Under the pieces are notes generated by a model. That model made no database searches. It was not told the origin of the DNA and was given only the letters and a program-made list of their open reading frames with translations. From the human T2T-CHM13v2.0 reference genome, Homo sapiens: a stretch of 64,000 nucleotides of DNA. This document shows positions 27,601 to 41,900 of the stretch, piece by piece (the stretch's first letter is position 1; each line of letters starts with the position of its first letter). Position numbers and translations under genes: made by a program. The DNA lies in NCBI RefSeq assembly GCF_009914755.1, contig NC_060948.1; one strand, given 5' to 3'.

Positions 27601-30600
27601 CGAATGCGATGGAATGCTATGGAATGGAATGGAATGCATTGGAATGGAATGTCCTCTAATGGAATGGATTCGAGTGGAATGGAATCGAATATAATGGAGT
27701 CTAATGAAATAGAATTGAAAGGAATGGGACCGAATACAATGGAATATACTGGAATGTAATGTAATGAACTCGAATGTAATTGACTGGAATGGAATGTACA
27801 TGAATGGAATGTAATCGAATGGAAAGCAATCCAATGGAATAGAATCTAATGCAATAAAATCGAGTCAAATAGAGTAGAATGTAATGGAATGGAGTGCAGT
27901 GCAATGGAATGGAATGGAATGGAATGCAATGGAATGGAATGGAATGGGATGGAATGGTATGGAATGGATAGTAATGGACTGGAGTGAAATGGACTGGAAA
28001 AGAATGGACTCAAATTGAAAGGGCTCGAAAGGAATGGAGTCAAATGGAATGGTCTGGAATGGAATGAACACGAATGTAATGCAATCCAATAGAATGGAAT
28101 CGAATGGCATGGAATATAAAGAAATGGAATCGAAGAGAATGGAAACAAATGGAATGGAATTGAATGGAATGGAATTGAATGGAATGAGAACGAATGGAGT
28201 GAAATTGTATGCAGTAGAAGAGAATAGAATGGAATGCAAGCGAAAGGAAAGGAATGGATTGGAATGGAATGGAATTCATTGGAATGGAAGGGAATGTAGT
28301 GTAATGGACAGGCCTGGAATAAAGTGGAATGCTACGGTCTCGAATGGAATAAAAATGTATGGAATGGAATGCAATGAAACGGAATCGAATGTCATAGAAT
28401 GTAATGGAATGCAAAAAAATGGAATCCAAAATCATTGACTGGAAAGGCTGGGTGTCGAAAGGAATTGACTCCAATGGAATGGAATCGAATGGAATGGAAG
28501 TGAATAGAATCGAACTAAATCGAATGGAATGGAATTGATAGGAACGGAATGGAAAGGAATGCAATGATTTGGCATGGAATGGAATCGAATGGCATCGAAT
28601 GGAATGGAATGGAATGCAATGGAATGGAATGTATTAGAATGTAATGAACTTTAATGGAATGTACTCGAATGGATTCGACTGGAATGGAATGTTCTCGAAG
28701 TGAACGGACTCCAATGGAATGGATTCGAAAGGAATGGAAACTAATGGAATGGAATTAAACGGAAATGAATCAAATAGAATAGAACGGAATTGAATTGAAT
28801 GGAATCGAATGCAATGGAATCTAATGAAACGGAAAGGAATGGAATGGAATGGGCTGGAATGGAATGGAATCGAAACGAATGGAATGGAATCGAACTGAAG
28901 AGACTGGAATGGAATGCACTGGAATGGAAGGGAATGTAATGGAAGGTTCTCGAAAAAAATGGAATCGAAAGGAATGGAATTGAATGGAACGGAATAGAGT
29001 CGAATGGAATTCAATGGAATGGAATGGACTAGAGTGAAATGGAATCGAACCACAAGGAATGGACAGGAATAGAATGGTCTCGAATTGAATGGAATCGTAT
29101 GGAATGGCATCAAACGGAATGGAATGGACAGCCACGGAATGGAATGGACACCCACGGAATGGAATGCACTCGAATGCAATGGAGTCGACACTAATGGACT
29201 GGAATAGAATGGACTCGACTGGTACGGACTCCAATGGAATGGAATCGAATGGAAGGGAATCGAAAGGAATGGACTCGAAGGGAAAAAACTGCAATGGAAA
29301 GGTCTCCAATGGAATGGAAATTAATGGAATGGAATGGAATCGAATGAAATGGAGTCAAGAGGAATGGAATCTAATGGCAAGAAATCGAATGTAATGGAAT
29401 CGCAAGGAATTGATGTGAACGGAACGGAATGGAATGGAATCCAAAGGAATGGAATAGAATGGAATGGAATCGAATGGAAAGGACTCGAATGGAAATCACT
29501 CGAATAGAATGCAATTTAATAAAATAGGATCAAATGTAATGGAATGGAATGGAAAGGAATCGAAACGAAAGGAATGGAGACAGATGGAATGGAATGGAAC
29601 AGAGAGCAATGGTATAGAATGGAATGGAATCATCTGGAATGGAATTGAATGGAATGGAATAATATGAAATGGAATGGAATGGAATGGAATGCCCTTGAAT
29701 TAAATGGACTGGAATGCAATGGACTCGAACAGAGTGGAATGGAAAGTGTTGAAATAGAATGGAATGGACTCGTTTGGAATGGTCTAGTATGCAATGCAAT
29801 CGACTGGCAGGGAATCAAAAGGAATGTAATCGAATGGATTGGACTGGAATGCAATGGACTCGAATAGATTGGAAACGGAAAGCAAAGGAATGGAATGGAA
29901 TAGTATGGAATGGAATGCAAAGGAATGGAGTGGAATAGACTAGAGTGGAATGGAATGGACTCGAAAGCAATGGACTGGAATGGAACTTTCTTGAATGGAC
30001 TGGAATCAAACGGAATGGAATGCAATGCAATCAAATGGCATGGAATAAAATAGAATGAAAGAGAATCAAATGGAATTGAATCGAATGGAATCGAATGGAT
30101 TGGAAAGGAATAGAATGGAATGGAATGGAATTGACTCAAATGGAATGGACTAGAATGGAATGGATTCGAATGGAAGGCAAAGGAATGGAATCTATTGGAA
30201 TGGACTGTAATGGAATGGAATGGAAGGAATTGGAATGGACTCGAATGGAATGGACTGCAGTAGAAAGGATTCGAATGGAATGAAAAAGAATTGAATGGAA
30301 TAGAACAGAATGGAATCAAATCGAATGAAATGGAATGGAATAGAAAGGAATGGAATGAAATGGAATGGAAAGGATTCGAATGGAATGCAATCGAATGGAA
30401 TGCCATCGAATGGAATGGAATCGAACGGAATGGAATAAAATGGAAGAAAACTGGCAAGAAATGGAATCGAAATGAATGGAGTGTTATGGAACGGACTCAA
30501 AAGGAATTGAATGTAATAGAATGGAGTGGAGTGGACTCGAATATAATGGACTGGAATGGAATGAAATCACATGGAATGGGAACGAATGGAATGGAATGGA

Positions 30601-33600
30601 AAGGAATGGAATCGAATGCAAAGGAATCGAATGGAAGGGAATGAAATTGAATCAACAGGAATGGAAGGGAGTAGAATAGACGGTAATGGAATGGACTCGA
30701 AGAGAATGGACACGAATGCTCAAATTGAATGGACTCGAATGGAATGGCAACGAAAGGAATGTCATCGAATGGAATTGAATCGATTGGAATGAAATCACAT
30801 AGAATGGAGTGGAATCAAATGGAATTGAATCGAAAGGAAAGGAAGCGAATGGACTGAAATGAAATGGAATGGAATTGAATGGAAATTAATTCAATGGCAT
30901 AGAATGGAACGAAATTTCACGGAATGGAATCAAACTGAATGGAATCAAATCAATGGAATATAATCAAATGGAATGGAAAGGAATTGAATGGAGTAGATTG
31001 AATTGGATGGGATTGGAATGAAATGTACTGGAAAGGACTCGAATTTCATGAAACGGAATGGAATGAATTAGAACGGAATGGACTCGAATGGAATGGAATG
31101 TCATGGAATGGCATCAAATGGAATGGAATCGAATGCGATGGAATGCTATGGAATGGAATGGAATGCATTGGAATGGAATGTCCTCTAATGGAATGTATTC
31201 GAGTGGAATGGAATCGAATATAATGGAGTCTAATGAAATGGAATTGAAAGGAATGGGACCGAATACAATGGAATATACTGGAATGTAATGTAATGAACTC
31301 GAATGTAATTGACTGGAATGGAATGTACATGAATGGAATGTAATCGAATGGAAAGCAATCCAATGGAATAGAATCTAATGCAATAAAATCGACTCAAATA
31401 GAGTAGAATGTAATGGAATGGAGTGCAGTGCAATGGAATGGAATGGAATGGAATGCAATGGAATGGAATGGAATGGAATGGGATGGAATGGTATGGAATG
31501 GATAGTAATGGACTGGAGTGAAATGGACTGGAAAAGAATGGACTCAAATTGAAAGGGCTCGAAAGGAATGGAGTCAAATGGAATGGTCTGGAATGGAATG
31601 AACACGAATGTAATGCAATCCAATAGAATGGAATCGAATGGCATGGAATATAAAGAAATGGAATCGAAGAGAATGGAAACAAATGGAATGGAATTGAATG
31701 GAATGGAATTGAATGGAATGGGAACGAATGGAGTGAAATTGTATGCAGTAGAAGAGAATAGAATGGAATGCAAGCGAAAGGAAAGGAATGGATTGGAATG
31801 GAATGGAATTCATTGGAATGGAAGGGAATGTAGTGTAATGGACAGGCCTGGAATAAAGTGGAATGCTACGGTCTCGAATGGAATAAAAATGTATGGAACG
31901 GAATGCAATGAAACGGAATCGAATGTCATAGAATGTAATGGAATGCAAAAAAATGGACTCCAAAATCATTGACTGGAAAGGCTGGGTGTCGAAAGGAATT
32001 GACTCCAATGGAATGGAATCGAATGGAATGGAAGTGAATAGAATCGAACTAAATCGAATGGAATGGAATTGATAGGAACGGAATGGAAAGGAATGCAATG
32101 ATTTGGCATGGAATGGAATCGAATGGCATCGAATGGAATGGAATGGAATGCAATGGAATGGAATGTATTAGAATGTAATGAACTTTAATGGAATGTACTC
32201 GAATGGATTCGACTGGAATGGAATGTTCTCGAAGTGAATGGACTCCAATGGAATGGATTCGAAAGGAATGGAATCTAATGGAATGGAATTAAATGGAAAT
32301 GAATCAAATTGAATAGAACGGAATTGAATTGAATGGAATCGAATGCAATGGAATCTAATGAAACGGAAAGGAAAGGAATGGAATGGATTGGAATGGAATG
32401 GGCTGGAATGGAATGGAATCGAAACGAATGGAATGGAATCGAACTGAAGAGACTGGAATGGAATGCACTGGAATGGAAGGGAATGTAATGGAAGGTTCTC
32501 GAAAAAAATGGAATCGAAAGGAAAGGAACTGAATGGAACGGAATAGAGTCGAATGGAATTCAATGGAATGGAATGGACTAGAGTGAAATGGAATCGAACC
32601 ACAAGGAATGGACAGGAATAGAATGGTCTCGAATTGAATGGAATCGTATGGAATGGCATCACACGGAATGGAATGGACAGCCACGGAATGGAATGGACAC
32701 CCACGGAATGGAATGCACTCGAATGCAATGGAGTCGACACTAATGGACTGGAATAGAATCGACTCGACTGGTACGGACTCCAATGGAATGGAATCGAATG
32801 GAAGGGAATCGAACGGAATGGACTCGAAGGGAAAAGGCTGCAATGGAAAGGTCTCCAATGGAATGGAAATTAATGGAATGGAATGGAATCGAATGAAATG
32901 GAGTCAAAAGGAATGGAATCGAATGGCAAGAAATCGAATGTAATGGAATCGCAAGGAATTGATGTGAACGGAACGGAATGGAATGGAATCCAAAGGAATG
33001 GAATAGAATGGAATGGAATCGAATGGAAAGGACTCGAATGGAAATCACTCGAATAGAATGCAATTTAATAAAATAGGATCAAATGTAATGGAATGGAATG
33101 GAAAGGAATCGAAACGAAAGGAATGGAGACAGATGGAATGGAATGGAACAGAGAGCAATGGTATAGAATGGAATGGAATCATCTGGAATGGAAGTGAATG
33201 GAATGGAATAATATGAAACGGAATGGAATTTAATGGAATGGAATGCCCTTGTATTAAATGGACTGGAATGGAATGGACTCGAACAGAGTGGAATGGAAAG
33301 TGTTGAAATAGAATGGAATGGACTCGTTTGGAATGGTCTAGTATGCAATGCAATCGACTGGCAGGGAATCAAAAGGAATGTAATCGAATGGATTGGACTG
33401 GAATGCAATGGACTCGAATAGATTGGAAACGGAAAGCAAAGGAATGGAATGGAATAGTATGGAATGGAATGGAAAGGAATGGAGAGGAATAGACTAGAGT
33501 GGAATGGAATGGACTCGAAAGCAATGGACTGGAATGGAACTTTCTTGAATGGACTGGAATCAAACGGAATGGAATGCAATGCAATCAAATGGCATGGAAT

Positions 33601-36600
33601 AAAATAGAATGAAAGAGAATCAAATGGAATTGAATCGAATGGAATCGAATGGATTGGAAAGGAATAGAATGGAATGGAATGGAATTGACTCAAATGGAAT
33701 GGACTAGAATGGAATGGATTCGAATGGAAGGCAAAGGAATGGAATCTATTGGAATGGACTGTAATGGAATGGAATGGAAAGGATTGGAATGGACTCGAAT
33801 GGAATGGACTGCAATAGAAAGGATTCGAATGGAATGAAAATGAATTGAATGGAATAGAACAGAATGGAATCAAATCGAATGAAATGGAATGGAATAGAAA
33901 GGAATGGAATGAAATGGAATGGAAAGGATTCGAATGGAATGCAATCGAATGGAATGCAATCAAATGGAATGGAATCGAACGGAATGGAATAAAATGGAAG
34001 AAAACTGGCAAGAAATGGAGTCGAAATGAATGGAGTGTTATGGAACCGACTCAAAAGGAATTGAATGTAATAGAATGGAGTGGAGTGGACTCGAATATAA
34101 TGGACTGGAATGGAATGAAATCACATGGAATGGGAACGAATGGAATGGAATGGAAAGGAATGGAATCGAATGGAAAGGAATCGAATGGAAGGGAATGAAA
34201 TTGAATCAACAGGAATGGAAGGGAGTAGAATAGACGGTAATGGAATGGACTCGAATAGAATGGACACGAATGCTCAAATTGAATGGACTCGAATGGAATG
34301 GAAACGAAAGGAATGTCATCGAATGGAATTGAATCGATTGGAATGAAATCACATAGAATGGAGTGGAATCAAATGGAATTGAATCGAAAGGAAAGGAAGC
34401 GAATGGACTGAAATGAAATGGAATGGAATTGAATGGAAATTAATGCAATGGAATAGAATGGAACGAAATTTCACGGAATGGAATCAAACTGAATGGAATC
34501 AAATCAATGGAATATAATCAAATGGAATGGAAAGGAATTGAATGGAGTAGATTGGATTGGATGGGATTGGAATGAAATGTACTGGAAAGGACTCGAATTT
34601 CATGAAACGGAATGGAATGAATTAGAACGGAATGGACTCGAATGGAATGGAATGTCATGGAATGGCATCAAATGGAATGGAATCGAATGCGATGGAATGC
34701 TATGGAATGGAATGGAATGCATTGGAATGGAATGTCCTCTAATGGAATGTATTCGAGTGGAATGGAATCGAATATAATGGAGTCTAATGAAAGGGAATTG
34801 AAAGGAATGGGACCGAATACAATGGAATATACTGGAATGTAATGTAATGAACTCGAATGTAATTGACTGGAATGGAATGTACATGAATGGAATGTAATCG
34901 AATGGAAAGCAATCCAATGGAATAGAATCTAATGCAATAAAATCGACTCAAATAGAGTAGAATGTAATGGAATGGAGTGCAGTGCAATGGAATGGAATGG
35001 AATGGAATGCAATGGAATGGAATGGAATGGAATGGAATGGGATGGAATGGTATGGAATGGATAGTAATGGACTGGAGTGAAATGGACTGGAAAAGAATGG
35101 ACTCAAATTGAAAGGGCTCGAAAGGAATGGAGTCAAATGGAATGGTCTGGAATGGAATGAACACGAATGTAATGCAATCCAATAGAATGGAATCGAATGG
35201 CATGGAATATAAAGAAATGGAATCGAAGAGAATGGAAACAAATGGAATGGAATTGAATGGAATGGAATTGAATGGAATGGGAACGAATGGAGTGAAATTT
35301 TATGCAGTAGAAGAGAATAGAATGGAATGCAAGCGAAAGGAAAGGAATGGATTGGAATGGAAAGGAATTCATTGGAATGGAAGGGAATGTAGTGTAATGG
35401 ACAGGCCTGGAATAAAGTGGAATGCTACGGTCTCGAATGGAATAAAAATGTATGGAATGGAATGCAATGAAACGGAATCGAATGTCATAGAATGTAATGG
35501 AATGCAAAAAAATGGACTCCAAAATCATTGACTGGAAAGGCTGGGTGTCGAAAGGAATTGACTCCAATGGAATGGAATCGAATGGAATGGAAGTGAATAG
35601 AATCGAACTAAATCGAATGGAATGGAATTGATAGGAACGGAATGGAAAGGAATGCAATGATTTGGCATGGAATGGAATCGAATGGCATCGAATGGAATGG
35701 AATGGAATGCAATGGAATGGAATGTATTAGAATGTAATGAACTTTAATGGAATGTACTCGAATGGATTCGACTGGAATGGAATGTTCTCGAAGTGAATGG
35801 ACTCCAATGGAATGGATTCGAAAGGAATGGAATCTAATGGAATGGAATTAAATGGAAATGAATCAAATTGAATAGAACGGAATTGAATTGAATGGAATCG
35901 AATGCAATGGAATCTAATGAAACGGAAAGGAAAGGAATGGAATGGATTGGAATGCAATGGGCTGGAATGGAATGGAATCGAAACGAATGGAATGGAATCG
36001 AACTGAAGAGACTGGAATGGAATGCACTGGAATGGTAGGGAATGTAATGGAAGGTTCTCGAAAAAAATGGAATCGAAAGGAATGGAATTGAATGGAACGG
36101 AATAGAGTCGAATGGAATTCAATGGAATGGAATGGACTAGAGTGAAATGGAATCGAACCACAAGGAATGGACAGGAATAGAATGGTCTCGAATTGAATGG
36201 AATCGTATGGAATGGCATCAAACGGAATGGAATGGACAGCCACGGAATGGAATGGACACCCACGGAATGGAATGCACTCGAATGCAATGGAGTCGACACT
36301 AATGGACTGGAATAGAATGGACTCGACTGGTACGGACTCCAATGGAATGGAATCGAATGGAAGGGAATCGAACGGAATGGACTCGAAGGGAAAAGACTGC
36401 AATGGAAAGGTCTCGAATGGAATGGAAATTAATGGAATGGAATGGAATCGAATGAAATGGAGTCAAAAGGAATGGAATCGAATGGCAAGAAATCGAATGT
36501 AATGGAATCGCAAGGAATTGATGTGAACGGAACGGAATGGAATGGAATCCAAAGGAATGGAATAGAATGGAATGGAATCGAATGGAAAGGACTCGAATGG

Positions 36601-38941
36601 AAATCACTCGAATAGAATGCAATTTAATAAAATAGGATCAAATGTAATGGAATGGAATGGAAAGGAATCGAAACGAAAGGAATGGAGACAGATGGAATGG
36701 AATGGAACAGAGAGCAATGGTATAGAATGGAATGGAATCATCTGGAATGGAATTGAATGGAATGGAATAATATGAAATGGAATGGAATGGAATGGAATGC
36801 CCTTGAATTAAATGGACTGGAATGGAATGGACTCGAACAGAGTGGAATGGAAAGTGTTGAAATAGAATGGAATGGACTCGTTTGGAATGGTCTAGTATGC
36901 AATGCAATCGACTGGCAGGGAATCAAAAGGAATGTAATCGAATGGATTGGACTGGAATGCAATGGACTCGAATAGATTGGAAACGGAAAGCAAAGGAATG
37001 GAATGGAATAGTACGGAATGGAATGGAAAGGAATGGAGTGGAATAGACTAGAGTGGAATGGAATGGACTCGAAAGCAATGGACTGGAATGGAACTTTCTT
37101 GAATGGACTGGAATCAAACGGAATGGAATGCAATGCAATCAAATGGCATGGAATAAAATAGAATGAAAGAGAATGAAATGGAATTGAATCGAATGGAATC
37201 GAATGGATTGGAAAGGAATAGAATGGAATGGAATGGAATTGACTCAAATGGAATGGACTAGAATGGAATGGATTCGAATGGAAGGCAAAGGAATGGAATC
37301 TATTGGAATGGACTGTAATGGAATGGAATGGAAGTGATTGGAATGGACTCGAATGGAATGGACTGCAATAGAAAGGATTCGAATGGAATGAAAAAGAATT
37401 GAATGGAATAGAACAGAATGGAATCAAATCGAATGAAATGGAATGGAATAGAAAGGAATGGAATGAAATGGAATGGAAAGGATTCGAATAGAATGCAATC
37501 GAATGGAATGCAATCGAATGGAATGGAATCGAACGGAATGGAATAAAATGGAAGAAAACTGGCAAGAAATGGAATCGAAATGAATGGAGTGTTATGGAAC
37601 GGACTCAAAAGGAATTGAATGTAATAGAATGGAGTGGAGTGGACTCGAATATAATGGACTGGAATGGAATGAAATCACATGGAATGGGAACGAATGGAAT
37701 GGAATGGAAAGGAATGGAATCGAATGGAAAGGAATCGAATGGAAGGGAATGAAATTGAATCAACAGGAATGGAAGGGAGTAGAATAGACGGTAATGGAAT
37801 GGACTCGAATAGAATGGACACGAATGCTCAAATTGAATGGACTCGAATGGAATGGAAACGAAAGGAATGTCATCGAATGGAATTGAATCGATTGGAATGA
37901 AATCACATAGAATGGAGTGGAATCAAATGGAATTGAATCGAAAGGAAAGGAAGCGAATGGACTGAAATGAAATGGAATGGAATTGAATGGAAATTAATGC
38001 AGTGGAATAGAATGGAACGAAATTTCACGGAATGGAATCAAACTGAATGGAATCAAATCAATGGAATATAATCAAATGGAATGGAAAGGAATTGAATGGA
38101 GTAGATTGGATTGGATGGGATTGGAATGAAATGTACTGGAAAGGACTCGAATTTCATGAAACGGAATGGAATGAATTAGAACGGAATGGACTCGAATGGA
38201 ATGGAATGTCATGGAATGGCATCAAATGGAATGGAATCGAATGCGATGGAATGCTATGGAATGGAATGGAATGCATTGGAATGGAATGTCCTCTAATGGA
38301 ATGTATTCGAGTGGAATGGAATCGAATATAATGGAGTCTAATGAAAGGGAATTGAAAGGAATGGGACCGAATACAATGGAATATACTGGAATGTAATGTA
38401 ATGAACTCGAATGTAATTGACTGGAATGGAATGTACATGAATGGAATGTAATCGAATGGAAAGCAATCCAATGCAATAGAATCTAATGCAATAAAATCGA
38501 CTCAAATAGAGTAGAATGTAATGGAATGGAGTGCAGTGCAATGGAATGGAATGGAATGGAATGCAATGGAATGGAATGGAATGGAATGGAATGGGATGGA
38601 ATGGTATGGAATGGATAGTAATGGACTGGAGTGAAATGGACTGGAAAAGAATGGACTCAAATTGAAAGGGCTCGAAAGGAATGGAGTCAAATGGAATGGT
38701 CTGGAATGGAATGAACACGAATGTAATGCAATGCAATAGAATGGAATCGAATGGCATGGAATATAAAGAAATGGAATCGAAGAGAATGGAAACAAATGGA
38801 ATGGAATTGAATGGAATGGGAACGAATGGAGTGAAATTGTATGCAGTAGAAGAGAATAGAATGGAATGCAAGCGAAAGGAAAGGAATGGATTGGAATGGA
38901 ATGGAATTCATTGGAATGGAAGGGAATGTAGTGTAATGGAC

Positions 38942-41900
38942 AGGCCTGGAATAAAGTGGAATGCTACGGTCTCGAATGGAATAAAAATGTATGGAATGGA
39001 ATGCAATGAAACGGAATCGAATGTCATAGAATGTAATGGAATGCAAAAAAATGGAATCCAAAATCATTGACTGGAAAGGCTGGGTGTCGAAAGGAATTGA
39101 CTCCAATGGAATGGAATCGAATGGAATGGAAGTGAATAGAATGGAACTAAATCGAATGGAATGGAATTCATAGGAACGGAATGGAAAGGAATGCAATGAT
39201 TTGGCATGGAATGGAATCGAATGGCATCGAATGGAATGGAATGGAATGCAATGGAATGGAATGTATTAGAATGTAATGAACTTTAATGGAATGTACTCGA
39301 ATGGATTCGACTGGAATGGAATGTTCTCGAAGTGAATGGACTCCAATGGAATGGATTCGAAAGGAATGGAATCTAATGGAATGGAATTAAATGGAAATGA
39401 ATCAAATTGAATAGAACGGAATTGAATTGAATGGAATCGAATGCAATGGAATCTAATGAAACGGAAAGGAAAGGAATGGAATGGATTGGAATGGAATGGG
39501 CTGGAATGGAATGGAATCGAAACGAATGGAATGGAATCGAACTGAAGAGACTGGAATGGAATGCACTGGAATGGAAGGGAATGTAATGGAAGGTTCTCGA
39601 AAAAAATGGAATCGAAAGGAATGGAATTGAATGGAACGGAATAGAGTCGAATGGAATTCAATGGAATGGAATGGACTAGAGTGAAATGGAATCGAACCAC
39701 AAGGAATGGACAGGAATAGAATGGTCTCGAATTGAATGGAATCGTATGGAATGGCATCAATCGGAATGGAATGGACAGCCACGGAATGGAATGGACACCC
39801 ACGGAATGGAATGCACTCGAATGCAATGGAGTCGACACTAATGGACTGGAATAGAATGGACTCGACTGATACGGACTCCAATGGAATGGAATCGAATGGA
39901 AGGGAATCGAACGGAATGGACTCGAAGGAAAAAGACTGCAATGGAAAGGTCTCCAATGGAATGGAAATTAATGGAATGGAATGGAATCGAATGAAATGGA
40001 GTCAAAAGGAATGGAATCGAATGGCAAGAAATCGAATGTAATGGAATCGCAAGGAATTGATGTGAACGGAACGGAATGGAATGGAATCCAAAGGAATGGA
40101 ATAGAATGGAATGGAATCGAATGGAAAGGACTCGAATGGACATCACTCGAATTGAATGCAATTTAATAAAATAGGATCAAATGTAATGGAATGGAATGGA
40201 AAGGAATCGAAACGAAAGGAATGGAGAGAGATGGAATGGAATGGAACAGAGAGCAATGGTATAGAATGGAATGGAATCATCTGGAATGGAATTGAATGGA
40301 ATGGAATAACATGAAATGGACTGGAATGGAATGGAATGCCCTTGAATTAAATGGACTGGAATGGAATGGACTCGAACAGAGTGGAATGGAAAGTGTTGAA
40401 ATAGAATGGAATGGACTCGTTTGGAATGGTCTAGTATGCAATGCAATCGACTGGCAGGGAATCAAAAGGAATGTAATCGAATGGATTGGACTGGAATGCA
40501 ATGGACTCGAATAGATTGGAAACGGAAAGCAAAGGAATGGAATGGAATAGTATGGAATGGAATGGAAAGGAATGGAGTGGAATAGACTAGAGTGGAATGG
40601 AATGGACTGGAAAGCAATGGACTGGAATGGAACTTTCTTGAATGGACTGGAATCAAACGGAATGGAATGCAATGCAATCAAATGGCATGGAATAAGATAG
40701 AATGAAAGAGAATGAAATGGAATTGAATCGAATGGAATCGAATGGATTGGAAAGGAATAGAATGGAATGGAATGGAATTGACTCAAATGGAATGGACTAG
40801 AATGGAATGGATTCGAATGGAAGGCAAAGGAATGGAATCTATTGGAATGGACTGTAATGGAATGGAATGGAAGGGATTGGAATGGACTCGAATGGAATGG
40901 ACTGCAATAGAAAGGATTCGAATGGAATGAAAAAGAATTGAATGGAATAGAACAGAATGGAATCAAATCGAATGAAATGGAATGGAATAGAAAGGAATGG
41001 AATGAAATGGAATGGAAAGGATTCGAATGGAATGCAATCGAATGGAATGCAATCTAATGGAATGGAATCGAACGGAATGGAATAAAATGGAAGAAAACTG
41101 GCAAGAAATGGAGTCGAAATGAATGGAGTGTTATGGAACCGACTCAAAAGGAATTGAATGTAATAGAATGGAGTGGAGTGGACTCGAATATAATGGACTG
41201 GAATGGAATGAAATCACATGGAATGGGAACGAATGGAATGGAATGGAAAGGAATGGAATAGAATGGAAAGGAATCGAATGGAAGGGAATGAAATTGAATC
41301 AACAGGAATGGAAGGGAGTAGAATAGACGGTAATGGAATGGACTCGAATAGAATGGACACGAATGCTCAAATTGAATGGACTCGAATGGAATGGAAACGA
41401 AAGGAATGTCATCGAATGGAATTGAATCGATTGGAATGAAATCACATAGAATGGAGTGGAATCAAATGGAATTGAATCGAAAGGAAAGGAAGCGAATGGA
41501 CTGAAATGAAATGGAATGGAATTGAATGGAAATTAATGCAATGGAATAGAATGGAACGAAATTTCACGGAATGGAATCAAACTGAATGGAATCAAATCAA
41601 TGGAATATAATCAAATGGAATGGAAAGGAATTGAATGGAGTAGATTGGATTGGATGGGATTGGAATGAAATGTACTGGAAAGGACTCGAATTTCATGAAA
41701 CGGAATGGAATGAATTAGAACGGAATGGACTCGAATGGAATGGAATGTCATGGAATGGCATCAAATGGAATGGAATCGAATGCGATGGAATGCTATGGAA
41801 TGGAATGGAATGCATTGGAATGGAATGTCCTCTAATGGAATGTATTCGAGTGGAATGGAATCGAATATAATGGAGTCTAATGAAATGGAATTGAAAGGAA

